From assembly GCA_965220745.1 (NCBI GenBank), contig CBDCQT010000012.1, positions 544,001-608,000 of the forward strand: a DNA stretch of 64,000 nt, read 5' to 3'. The DNA comes from Alphaproteobacteria bacterium (GTDB lineage Bacteria > Pseudomonadota > Alphaproteobacteria > UBA828). The notes below the pieces were generated by a model, which was not told the DNA's origin, searched no databases, and saw only the letters and a list, made by a program, of their open reading frames with translations. Made by a program: the position numbers and the translations under genes. Position 1 is the first letter of the stretch; every line of letters begins with the position of its first letter. Positions 9,015 through 18,434 of this stretch are shown here, piece by piece.

Positions 9015-10120
9015 GCGAACCCCTCATCAAGGTGCGCGGCCTGCGCAAGGCCTTCCCCGTGCGAGAGGGAACAGTCCTGCGCAAGAAGGTCGGCGAGATC
9101 GTGGCTGTGGACGACATCAGCTTCGATGTCTTCGAGGGCGAGACTCTGGGCTGCGTCGGCGGCTCAGGCTCGGGGAAGTCCACTCTAGGGCGGCTGATTC
9201 TCAACCTGATCCGCGCCGATGTGGGAAGCGTCCAATTCGGCGATGCCGATCTGGTCGGCCTCTCCCCGGCTGAGATGCGTCCCTATAGGAAGGATTTGCA
9301 GATCGTCTTCCAGGACCCCCTGCACACGCTCAACCCGCGGCGCACGGTTGCGGAGAACGTCACGCGCTCGATGCTCAACTTCGATATCCCGCGCCAGGAG
9401 GCCAGGGAGCGGGTCCAGTACCTCTTCGACATCGTCGGCCTCAACCCGGCGCATACCAATCGCTATCCGCACGAGTTCAGTGGAGGGCAGTGTCAGCGCA
9501 TCGGCATCGCCCGCGCGCTGGCTCTCGAGCCGCGCTTTCTCTTTCTGGACGAGCCGGTCTCGGCGCTCGATGTCTCGATTCAGGGGCAGATCCTCAATCT
9601 GTTGAAGGAGCTGCAAGAGACCCTTCAGTTGACTTATCTCTTCGTCTCTCACGACCTGAAGCTGGTGAAGAATTTCTCCGACCGCATTCTCGTTCTTTAC
9701 CACGGCCGCGCCGTCGAAATCGGTGGCAGCGACGAGGTCTATCATCAGCCGAAGCATCCCTACACCAGGACGCTCCTCGATGCGGTGCTGGGCCTCAAGA
9801 AGGACGACGCCTGGGAGAGGGTCGCAAGCCAAACCGGCGTGCTTGCCGACGACGAAGACCTTGAGAGCGCCATGCGCGCCTCTGCGGCGGCAAGAACCGG
9901 CTGCATCTATTCCGGCACCTGCACGGAGCGCTTCGAACCGTGTGCCACGCAGATGCCCGAGCTACGGGAAATCGAGGCGAGCCACGCCGTAGCCTGTCAT
10001 CTTTACGAGGGCTCGAAGAAAGACTGGAACGCGTCGGCGGCCGCCGGGGACGCACGACGTGAACGCGAACACGCTCTCCGGCAGGCGCGCGACGAGAATG
10101 CGCGCCAACTCATGACATAA
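9011..10120 (+). CDS. Peptide/nickel-type ABC ATP-binding protein (DppF/OppF-like)
   Basis: GGSGSGKST, FSGGQCQRIGIARAL, DEPVSALD, HPYT; GTG start overlaps the upstream stop. Confidence 0.92.
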   Translation: MSEPLIKVRGLRKAFPVREGTVLRKKVGEIVAVDDISFDVFEGETLGCVGGSGSGKSTLGRLILNLIRADVGSVQFGDADLVGLSPAEMRPYRKDLQIVFQDPLHTLNPRRTVAENVTRSMLNFDIPRQEARERVQYLFDIVGLNPAHTNRYPHEFSGGQCQRIGIARALALEPRFLFLDEPVSALDVSIQGQILNLLKELQETLQLTYLFVSHDLKLVKNFSDRILVLYHGRAVEIGGSDEVYHQPKHPYTRTLLDAVLGLKKDDAWERVASQTGVLADDEDLESAMRASAAARTGCIYSGTCTERFEPCATQMPELREIEASHAVACHLYEGSKKDWNASAAAGDARREREHALRQARDENARQLMT

Positions 10121-10137
10121 AGAGGGAGGACAAGATC

Positions 10138-11781
10138 ATGAAAGGGTGGCTTAAAGGTATGGGCCGGGTGAGCCCGACGTGGCTGTGTCGTCACGCCGTG
10201 GGAATCCTCGCCTTGGTGGCGCTTGCCGCGGGGTCGCTGATCGTGGCGGACAAGCCGGCGCAGGCGCAGGACAAGACCATCGTTCTTGCCGTGGAAGGCG
10301 AGCCCAGTCGTCTCGATCCCCATACACATGTGTTGTGGCTCACCTATCGCGAAACGTTCCACATTTACGAAAGCTTCGTGCAGCAAGACCTGACCATCAA
10401 GGACGTCGATCGTCCGCCGGTCATTCCCGCTCTTGCCACGAGCTGGGACATCTCCGAGGACAAGCTGCAATACACGTTCCATCTGCGCCAGGGGGTCACC
10501 TTCCACGACGGAACGCCGTGGAACGCCGATGTCGCGAAGTTCAATTTCGATCGGGTCCTCGACAAGGACTTCGAGCACTTCTATCCGCTGGCCAACGCCT
10601 TCAACGGCTGGTGGCACGGCGATATCGAGAGCTACGAAGTCGTCGACGAGTACACGTTCCGGGTCAACATGAAGCAGCCGAATTCCGAGTTCATCCGGCG
10701 GCTCTCGCAGGGCGGTTTCGGCTCCTCGGGCATGATCAGCCCCAAGGTCGTGGAGACCCACGGCAACGAGGAGGCGCATCTGCACGGCGTCGGCACCGGC
10801 CCGTTCAAGCTGACGGAGCGTGTCTTCGGCGAAAAGATCGTGATGGAGCGCAACGCCGACTATTGGGACCCCAATCGGATTCCCAGGGTCGACAGGCTCA
10901 TCATTCGTGGCATCCCCGATGTCGCGACCCGCGAGCTTGCGCTTCTCACCGGCGAGGTCGATATCATTGCCACGCCGTCTCCGGACTCGACGGACTTTCT
11001 CGCGTCGCAGGGCATGGTCGTCGACATGGCGCCGATCACGACGATCTACAACCTGTGGGTCAACACGCGGCTGAAGCCGCTCGATGATCCTCGTGTCCGG
11101 CGGGCGCTCTACATGGCGATCGACCGTGAGGGTCTGTGCAAATACTTGAGACGTGGCCAATGCTCACCCGCCTACAGCATCTTGAACTATGGCGGACCGG
11201 GCCACGATCCCGACTACCAGCCCTTCCCCTATGACCCGGCCAGGGCCAAGGAGCTGCTGGCGGAGGCCGGTTATCCGGACGGCTTCGACGTGCGCGTCGA
11301 TTGGACGCCGGGCGGCGCCGGCGACGTCAACACCGTGGCCGATGCCGAATGGATTCAGCGTGACTGGGCCCGTATCGGCGTCAATCTGAGCATCGAGCTC
11401 TTCGAGATCAGCACCTACATGGACACGATGTCCCAGGGCATGCGTGAGGGCACCGGCTTCATGCAGCTCTCCTGGGGTGAGAGCGCGTTCCATTGGCTCG
11501 ACGCCGTCATCTCGCCGGCAGCCTTGCCGCCCAACGGCTTCAATGCCGGGTATTACGACAACCCGAGGATCGGTGAGCTGCTTTCCATGGCGCGGGCTGC
11601 GCTGACCGAAGAAGAGATGGTGGCCCACCTCAGGGAGATCCAACGGATCGTCATCGAGGAAGACACGGCCTTTATTCCCACCCACAGCCCGTGGGGAGTC
11701 TACGCCATGCGGCCCAATCTCAAGGGCTTCGTGCTTGCACCGCAGCACTGGCACGACATGGCGATTGTCGACAAAGAATAA
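10138..11781 (+). CDS. ABC substrate-binding protein, family 5
   Basis: Signal peptide ending AQA; PALATSW, LRQGVTFHDG, GTGPF and AKELLAEAGYPDG motifs. Confidence 0.93.
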   Translation: MKGWLKGMGRVSPTWLCRHAVGILALVALAAGSLIVADKPAQAQDKTIVLAVEGEPSRLDPHTHVLWLTYRETFHIYESFVQQDLTIKDVDRPPVIPALATSWDISEDKLQYTFHLRQGVTFHDGTPWNADVAKFNFDRVLDKDFEHFYPLANAFNGWWHGDIESYEVVDEYTFRVNMKQPNSEFIRRLSQGGFGSSGMISPKVVETHGNEEAHLHGVGTGPFKLTERVFGEKIVMERNADYWDPNRIPRVDRLIIRGIPDVATRELALLTGEVDIIATPSPDSTDFLASQGMVVDMAPITTIYNLWVNTRLKPLDDPRVRRALYMAIDREGLCKYLRRGQCSPAYSILNYGGPGHDPDYQPFPYDPARAKELLAEAGYPDGFDVRVDWTPGGAGDVNTVADAEWIQRDWARIGVNLSIELFEISTYMDTMSQGMREGTGFMQLSWGESAFHWLDAVISPAALPPNGFNAGYYDNPRIGELLSMARAALTEEEMVAHLREIQRIVIEEDTAFIPTHSPWGVYAMRPNLKGFVLAPQHWHDMAIVDKE

Positions 11782-11794
11782 ACAATAAGGTGGG

Positions 11795-11830
11795 GCGGTC
11801 TCGCCGGCGATTTCCTGCCGGCGGGGCCGC
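11795..11830 (+). terminator. Intra-operon hairpin after SBP gene
   Basis: gcggtctcgccggc...gccggcggggccgc stem (with G-U pairs) between the SBP and permease genes. Confidence 0.45.
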
Positions 11831-11851
11831 TACTGCCCCTCCGAGCCGACC

Positions 11852-12796
11852 ATGCTCAGATTCATTATCTGGCGCTTGATTCACGTGGTGCCGGTTCTAC
11901 TCGGCGTTTCTTTCGTCGTTTTCAGCATTCTCTATCTCATTCCAGGCGACATCGCGACCACGCTGCTCTCGATGTTCTACACCGAGGAGCGCGCGGCCAT
12001 GCTGCGCGAGCAACTCGGCCTGGACAGGCCGATGTTCGTCCAATACGGCCGCTGGCTCTGGGCCGCGTTGCACGGCGATCTCGGCCAGTCGCTCATGATG
12101 CGGATGCCGGTGATGACCGTGCTGCTGGACAAGACCGGAAACTCGCTCATCCTGACCGGTGCAAGTTTGCTCATCGTCATTCCGGTGAGCTTCCTGATGG
12201 GCACCGCGTCTGCGGCCCGTTTCCGCAAGCCCTTCGACCGCTTTACCGTCTTCTTCTCGCTGCTGCTCGCGAGCATGCCGGTCTTCTGGCTTGGGATTGC
12301 GCTGCTCTACCTGTTCGGCGTGCGGATACCGCTCTTTCCCATGTCGGGCATGTACAACATGGCCAATCCAGGCGGCATCCTTGACCTGCTTCATCACCTA
12401 TTCCTGCCGGCGGTGACTACGGCGGCCACCTCGGTCGCCATCGTGACGCGGGTCACCCGAGGCGCCATGCTCGATACGTTGAGCCAGCCCTATATCCTGG
12501 CTGCACGGTCGCGCGGATTGCCGGGGTCACGGGTGATCTATCGCCACGGCGTGCGCAATATTTTGCCGACCTTCTCCAACATGATCGGCCTGCAGATCGG
12601 TTATCTATTCGGCAGCGCCATCTTTTCGGAAATCATCTTCAACTGGCCCGGAATCGGCCTGCAGCTTTACCAGTCGATCCTGCATCGCGATCTGACAATG
12701 GTGCAGGGCTGCGTGCTGGCCGTCGCCATCATATTCGTCCTGGGCAATATGTTGGCCGACATCATCGTCTACGCCCTCGACACCACCCGGAAGTAG
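11852..12796 (+). CDS. ABC permease (DppB-like)
   Basis: LGLDRP..QY..W, GDLGQS, ARSRGL, IFNWPGIG. Confidence 0.92.
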   Translation: MLRFIIWRLIHVVPVLLGVSFVVFSILYLIPGDIATTLLSMFYTEERAAMLREQLGLDRPMFVQYGRWLWAALHGDLGQSLMMRMPVMTVLLDKTGNSLILTGASLLIVIPVSFLMGTASAARFRKPFDRFTVFFSLLLASMPVFWLGIALLYLFGVRIPLFPMSGMYNMANPGGILDLLHHLFLPAVTTAATSVAIVTRVTRGAMLDTLSQPYILAARSRGLPGSRVIYRHGVRNILPTFSNMIGLQIGYLFGSAIFSEIIFNWPGIGLQLYQSILHRDLTMVQGCVLAVAIIFVLGNMLADIIVYALDTTRK

Positions 12797-12811
12797 CGAG
12801 GGCGGCGTCGC

Positions 12812-13741
12812 ATGGCCACGGGCAGGATCAGGAGGAGCAGGGCATCGAAGCGCTCCCGACGCAGCGTGGAGACGGAGCGCGCGCGGTCGACGCTCTATTT
12901 CATCTGGCGCGGTATTCGCAACGATCCCTACGGGATGGCCGGCGCCCTGATCATCCTGGTTCTCGTGATTTGCGCGCTGTTCGCGCCCTATATCGCGCCC
13001 TACGACCCGCAGTATGCCGACCCGAGGCTGCGGCTGCGCGGTCCGGGAACCGAGGGTCACATCCTGGGCTTGGACCAGCAGGGGCGGGACATCCTCTCGC
13101 GCCTAATCTACGGCACCCGTTACTCGCTCATCGCCGGAGTCACGCCAGTCGTGCTCGGCGGCCTCATTTCGATCCCCCTCGGTACCATTGCCGCGTACTA
13201 CGAGCGTGTCGGCTATTTCATCATGCGCTCCATGGATGTGCTGTTCGCATTTCCCATGGTGCTGCTGGCGATCACGCTCTCCTTCTTCATGGGGCCGGGG
13301 CTCGGCAATCTGATCATCGCCCTCGTCGTGGTCCTGATCCCCTACAACACGCGCGTCGTCTACGTGCAGGCGCTGGCGCAGAAGGAGCAGGGCTATATCG
13401 AAGCCGCCCGCGCCGATGCGACCAGCGATTTCAAGATTCTGTTCGTCGAGATGCTGCCCCACGTCGTATCCGCATCGGTCGTCTATTCCATGACCATCGT
13501 GGGGACGATCGTGGTGACGGCGGCAGGGCTGAGCTTCCTCGGCCTCGGGGTGCAGCCGCCCACGCCCGAGTGGGGCATCATGACCAGTGACGGCCGCACC
13601 GTGCTGCACATCGCCCCCCACGTCTCGACCCTGCCGGGAGTGGCGATCTTTCTCATGGTCACGGGCTTCAACCTGCTCGGCGACAGCCTGCGCGACGCGC
13701 TCGATCCGAAGACAAGGCTGGTGCGGGCCGGGGCACGATAG
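12812..13741 (+). CDS. ABC permease (DppC-like)
   Basis: LGLDQQGRDILSRLIYG, YIEAARA, LSFLGLGVQPPTPEWG, NLLGDSLRDALDP. Confidence 0.92.
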   Translation: MATGRIRRSRASKRSRRSVETERARSTLYFIWRGIRNDPYGMAGALIILVLVICALFAPYIAPYDPQYADPRLRLRGPGTEGHILGLDQQGRDILSRLIYGTRYSLIAGVTPVVLGGLISIPLGTIAAYYERVGYFIMRSMDVLFAFPMVLLAITLSFFMGPGLGNLIIALVVVLIPYNTRVVYVQALAQKEQGYIEAARADATSDFKILFVEMLPHVVSASVVYSMTIVGTIVVTAAGLSFLGLGVQPPTPEWGIMTSDGRTVLHIAPHVSTLPGVAIFLMVTGFNLLGDSLRDALDPKTRLVRAGAR

Positions 13742-13788
13742 GATGACGTGTCGCGGCGGATCGCCATGAACCACGAGGACACGCTGCC

Positions 13789-15027
13789 ATGACCAAGACA
13801 CGATTGATGCCCAAGAATCACTGGGACTGGAGCATGCCCGTGCCGTTCTCGCAGGGGTGGAAGATCGACGACGTGATCTTCGTCGGCGGTCAGGTCTCCG
13901 CCGATGCCCAGGGCCGACCCGTCGGGGCCGGCGACATCGCGGTGCAGACGCGAAACACGTTCGAGTTCATCAAGCGAGTCCTGGAGGAGGCCGGCGGCGA
14001 TCTCTCCGACATCGTGAAGCTCAACACCTACTACCAGCACGACGGGGAGGGCGCCGACATCACCCGCTTCTGGGAGGAGATGACCGAGGTCAGGAAGGAA
14101 TACCTGGCCGATCCCGGCCCGGTGGGCACGGCCGTCCGTGTTCGGGGCTTCGCCTACGAGGGCCTGCTCATCGAGATCGAGGCCATCGCCGTCGTCGGCC
14201 GCAAGAAGCAACGGCTCATGCCCGCCAATCACTGGGACTGGAGCATTCCGGTCCCATTCTCCCAGGGCTGGAAGGTGGACGATCTGATCTTCGTTGGAGG
14301 ACAGATATCATCTGACGACAGAGGGCGCACCATCGCACCCGGCGACATCGGCCAGCAGGTGAGGAACGTCTTCGGCTCGATCCGGAGCGTGCTCAGGGAG
14401 GGCGGCGCGGAGCTCTCCGACCTCATAAAGTTCAATACCTACTACCAGTTCGAGGGCGAAGGCGACGCGCTCCGGCAATACTGGGAAGACATGACCAAGG
14501 TCCGCATGGAGTATCTCAGCGATCCGGGCCCTGCCGGTACCGCGGTCCGGGTCAACGGCTTCGCCTTTGAGGATCTGCTCATCGAGATCGAAGGCATCGC
14601 CTATGTGGGCGCAGACAAACAGCGCCTGATGCCCGCCAACCATTGGGACTGGAGCATACCGGTCCCGCTCTCGCAGGGCTGGAAGGTCGGCGACTACATC
14701 TTCGTCGGCGGGCAGATATCAGGCGACAGCAAGGGCAGCGCCATCGGCGTCGGCGACATCGCCACGCAGACCCGCAACACCTTCGAGAACATCCGCGCGG
14801 TGCTGAAGGAGGCCGGGGCGGACCTGGAGCACATCGTGCGCCTCAACACTTACTACGACCAGGTTGGCGAGGGTCAGGCGTTGCAGGACTACTGGGAGGC
14901 CATGACCAAAGTTCGGATGGACTATCTCGCGAACCCGGGGCCGGTCGGCACCGCCGTTCGCGTCAACGGTCTCGGCTACCAGGATCTGCTTATCGAAATC
15001 GAGGCCATCGCCTACGTCGGGTCGTGA
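13789..15027 (+). CDS. Protein of three tandem Rid (YjgF/YER057c/UK114) domains
   Basis: Exact 411-bp (137-aa) period, with HWDWS at 13819, 14230 and 14641; each unit has FSQG, FVGGQ, GDI..Q and EIE(A/G)IA motifs. Confidence 0.92.
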   Translation: MTKTRLMPKNHWDWSMPVPFSQGWKIDDVIFVGGQVSADAQGRPVGAGDIAVQTRNTFEFIKRVLEEAGGDLSDIVKLNTYYQHDGEGADITRFWEEMTEVRKEYLADPGPVGTAVRVRGFAYEGLLIEIEAIAVVGRKKQRLMPANHWDWSIPVPFSQGWKVDDLIFVGGQISSDDRGRTIAPGDIGQQVRNVFGSIRSVLREGGAELSDLIKFNTYYQFEGEGDALRQYWEDMTKVRMEYLSDPGPAGTAVRVNGFAFEDLLIEIEGIAYVGADKQRLMPANHWDWSIPVPLSQGWKVGDYIFVGGQISGDSKGSAIGVGDIATQTRNTFENIRAVLKEAGADLEHIVRLNTYYDQVGEGQALQDYWEAMTKVRMDYLANPGPVGTAVRVNGLGYQDLLIEIEAIAYVGS

Positions 15028-15063
15028 TTGGATAACCCGTCTTGGCGCCAAGGAGGAACTGAC

Positions 15064-15969
15064 ATGATCAAGAACCCCGTTCCCTGGCCGGACGGCGCCA
15101 AGTGCGCCGCTGCCATCACATTCGACATCGATACCGACAGCATCCTGCATCTCGAGCACAGGGAGAGGGCGGATACGATGCTGTCGTCGCTGTCGTGGCT
15201 GAAATACGACGAGGTGGCGATCCCGCGCATTCTCGACATGTACCGGGACTGCGGCATCAAGCAGACCTTCTTCTATCCGGCGTGGTGCATGGAGCGCTAT
15301 CCCCATCTCGTCGAGATGATCCTCAAGGATGGCCACGAGATTGCAGCCCACGGCTACATTCACGAAGACCCGAACAAGCTGCCGCGGGAGGAAGAGCACT
15401 ACTGGTTGAGGCGCCAGATCGACGTCATCGAAAAGATGACCGGCCAGCGCCCGCGCGGCTGGCGCGGCCCGCTTTACAACGCGTCCAAGTACTCGGTCGA
15501 CCTCTTGATCGAGGAGGGGCTCATCTACGACGCCACGCTGATGGGCGACGACGTGCCCTACGTCCTGAAGACAGCGCAGGGGAGCGTCATCGAGCTTCCC
15601 TCCCACTGGGCGATGGACGATTGGCCGCACTACACCCATTCGTTCGACTTCAACTACATGATGACGATCAAGTCGCCGGACGAGGCGATGAACGTCTTCA
15701 TGTCCGAGTTCGAGGCCATGTACGACTTCGGTGGCCTCTGGGTGACCGTGTGGCACCCCTTCGTCTCCGGGCGCCTCGCCCGCTGCCGCCGCGTCCAGCA
15801 GATGATCGAGTACATGCAGAGCAAGGGTGGCGTCTGGTTCACAACCATGGAGGAGATCGCCAAACACGTCCAAGCGTGCATAGACGACGGCAGCTGGACG
15901 CCGCGCGTGGACAACCTGCCCTATTACGACGGCTTGGTGCCGGAACTGGAGAGGCTGGCTGCCGAGTAA
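15064..15969 (+). CDS. CE4 polysaccharide deacetylase family, PuuE/HpPgdA-like
   Basis: WPDGAKCAAAITFDID, HEIAAHGYIHE, GWRGP, DDW and WHP motifs; AGGAGG RBS before ATG 15064. Confidence 0.88.
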   Translation: MIKNPVPWPDGAKCAAAITFDIDTDSILHLEHRERADTMLSSLSWLKYDEVAIPRILDMYRDCGIKQTFFYPAWCMERYPHLVEMILKDGHEIAAHGYIHEDPNKLPREEEHYWLRRQIDVIEKMTGQRPRGWRGPLYNASKYSVDLLIEEGLIYDATLMGDDVPYVLKTAQGSVIELPSHWAMDDWPHYTHSFDFNYMMTIKSPDEAMNVFMSEFEAMYDFGGLWVTVWHPFVSGRLARCRRVQQMIEYMQSKGGVWFTTMEEIAKHVQACIDDGSWTPRVDNLPYYDGLVPELERLAAE

Positions 15970-16018
15970 GGCGAGACGAACTGTCCCGTCACAGACGGCT
16001 ACCGGGACGGAGGGAGAA

Positions 16019-17464
16019 ATGGCTGGCACGACGCTCATCAGGAACGCCGACTGGGTCGTGGGCTACGACCCCGACAGGGACGGTCACGTCTACATGCGCG
16101 GCGCCGACGTGGCCTTCGCGAACGACACGATCATCCACGTCGGCAGAGACTATGGTGGCGAGGCCGAGCATGTCATCGACGGCAAGGACGTGATGGTCCT
16201 TCCCGGAATGCTCGATCTTCATCTGCATGGCTACATGGAAATGCACGGCAAGGGATTCTTCGAAGACCTTGCCACCAAGCATATGTGGATGACGCAGCTG
16301 CTCGAGTACACGTGGATCCTGCAGGACGACAAGGAATCGTCATTTGCCGCGACCCAGGCGTCGGCCTGCGATCTGCTGAAGAGCGGCTGCACCACGATGG
16401 CGGAACTCTACTGTTCCGGCCTGCCGTTCGACGGATGGGTGGACATGCTCGCAGGCACGGGTATTCGGACCTATGCGTGCCCCATGGTGCAGTCCGCTCA
16501 CTGGTACACGTCCAACGGCAAGGATCACCTCTACGAGTGGTACGAAGAGAAGGGCTTCGAGAACCTCGAGCGATCCCTTGAGATAATCGACGACGCGATT
16601 GCGCATCCCAGCGGCCGCTTGCACGGGATGGTTGGCCCGGCCCAGGCCGACACCTGTACGGAAGAGATGTTTCGGCGGTGCAAGGAGGCCGCTGACTCCA
16701 GAGGGATTCTGTTGCAGACCCATGCTGCACAGTCCGTCATGGAACATCGCGAGATGGTCCGGCGCCACGGCAAGACGCCGATCGAATGGCTGGACGATAT
16801 CGGCGTGCTCGGCCCGAACACGCTGCTAGGGCACGCCATCGACATCGACCAGCATCCCTGGGTCAACCACCACGAGCATCGCGACCTGGAACGCCTCGCC
16901 CGGTCCGGATCGTCTGTCGTGCATTGCCCGCGCGCCTTCGCCCAGTGGGGAGACATGATGCGGAGCCTCGGCGGTTACCGCGCCGCCGGCGTCAACATGG
17001 CGCTCGGCACCGATTGCTACCCGCACGATCTGGTCGAGGAGATGCGAATCGCCGGTCTCATGTCGAAGGTGGCGAGCGGCCATGTCGACCTGCTGCCGAC
17101 CGACGCGGTGTTCGAGATCGCAACGTTGGGCGCTGCCAGGGCGCTCGGCCGGGACGACCTGGGGCGCTTGGCGTCAGGCGCCAAGGCGGATCTCGCCCTG
17201 GTCGATCTGCGTCATCCCTCGATTCGCCCGGTGCGCGATCCGCTGAAGTGCCTAATCTATTCCGGCACAGCCGCGGCGGTCCGCGACGTATTCGTGAACG
17301 GAGAGCAAGTGGTGAAGGACCGCACCGTACTCACGGTCGATCAGGACGATGCGCTGGACCGTCTGCAGGAGGGCCAAAAGCGGGCGCTCGACCGAATTCC
17401 GGAACTGGACTGGGCGAAGCGCAGCGCCGACGACATGTCTCCCTTCTGCCTGCCGATCGACTGA
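16019..17464 (+). CDS. Amidohydrolase, ATZ/TRZ type (HxxQ variant)
   Basis: LPGMLDLHLH, QTHAAQ, GHAI, HCP, GTD and GAKADL motifs. Confidence 0.9.
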   Translation: MAGTTLIRNADWVVGYDPDRDGHVYMRGADVAFANDTIIHVGRDYGGEAEHVIDGKDVMVLPGMLDLHLHGYMEMHGKGFFEDLATKHMWMTQLLEYTWILQDDKESSFAATQASACDLLKSGCTTMAELYCSGLPFDGWVDMLAGTGIRTYACPMVQSAHWYTSNGKDHLYEWYEEKGFENLERSLEIIDDAIAHPSGRLHGMVGPAQADTCTEEMFRRCKEAADSRGILLQTHAAQSVMEHREMVRRHGKTPIEWLDDIGVLGPNTLLGHAIDIDQHPWVNHHEHRDLERLARSGSSVVHCPRAFAQWGDMMRSLGGYRAAGVNMALGTDCYPHDLVEEMRIAGLMSKVASGHVDLLPTDAVFEIATLGAARALGRDDLGRLASGAKADLALVDLRHPSIRPVRDPLKCLIYSGTAAAVRDVFVNGEQVVKDRTVLTVDQDDALDRLQEGQKRALDRIPELDWAKRSADDMSPFCLPID

Positions 17465-17500
17465 TCCGCGACGACCTTTCATGTCCGGCTCTGTTGTTCG

Positions 17501-17580
17501 GCGCGCCGAACGGCAGCAGGTCTCGTGTCTATTCGGCACTGAAGACGCGCATGATTACCTTCCTCGATTTCGTAGCAGGG
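17501..17580 (-). repeat. 80-bp direct repeat, copy 2: dead 5' fragment of the OCD gene
   Basis: Minus strand reads MRVFSAE*TRDLLPFGA versus MRVFSAEETRDLLPFGA in copy 1. Confidence 0.92.
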
Positions 17581-17760
17581 GAGGCGCAACCCTGTTGTTA
17601 GGCGCGTAAGTTAGACCTCGAAAAATCCAGTTTTCTCAATGGATTACAATGTCGATCGGCGTCAAATCCACGATCCGATCAACAACGTTTCAAATGCGGC
17701 AGCCCTGTCCGGGCTGACGGAGCCCGAGTAGATAGACGGGGTAGCCGTTCCCTCTGCCGG

Positions 17761-18237
17761 CTAACCCGATGGCGTCGAGAGGGAGGCGTTTTGGGCGATT
17801 CCGATTTCGAGTGTGACCACGATCGCGTAAGCCGCCAAGCAGAGCACTGCAGCGAGCAACGAAAAAATCATCACCGGCATACTTCGTGCGAGCCATTTGT
17901 TTCTGGGGACATTAATAAAGCCTTTTGACTGTGTTTTGTTTTCAATATCTTTGTTGAACTGTGTACGATAAGTGTTCGCCGTTTTATTTGCATGACTTAC
18001 GGCCAAATAGGTGGCGGCAGCACCGCTCACTATTCCTATTCCCAATGACGCCCACGTCGCCGACAAAAAGTATTTTGCTGGCCCTTCGGTTGGGGCGGCT
18101 GGCCCCAATCCAGCCAAGATTGCTAGTGCGCCGGCTGCCAAGGTCAGAATTTGTCGAAGCCAAAGAGCCTGCTGCTCATCGCGCTTCTCATCCAATTCAA
18201 CAATTCTCTTAAGGCGATTCTGGATGAATTCTTCCAT
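17761..18237 (-). CDS. Hypothetical 3-TM membrane protein, AT-rich
   Basis: 158-aa ORF with three hydrophobic stretches; visibly lower GC than the flanks. Confidence 0.7.
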   Translation of the reverse strand: MEEFIQNRLKRIVELDEKRDEQQALWLRQILTLAAGALAILAGLGPAAPTEGPAKYFLSATWASLGIGIVSGAAATYLAVSHANKTANTYRTQFNKDIENKTQSKGFINVPRNKWLARSMPVMIFSLLAAVLCLAAYAIVVTLEIGIAQNASLSTPSG

Positions 18238-18434
18238 ATGGTCCCCACGTCGGTGGTGTGGCAGCAGTGATGATAAGAGCCGCGTCGCCCTGCGTAACCT
18301 TAGCGCTTGGGAGGCTGATCACATTGGGCACGACCATCCCGGTGCCGTCCCCGTACGGAAGGGGGATTGTTGTGGGATCCACCTCAGTTCTTCAAGATAA
18401 AATCATTTACACACAACGGTTTATAACAATTGGG

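Noticed and set aside
13789-15027. Regular repeats as a CRISPR array or assembly duplication
   Set aside because: Repeats are in-frame 411-bp coding units with many synonymous differences; no spacers or cas genes in the window
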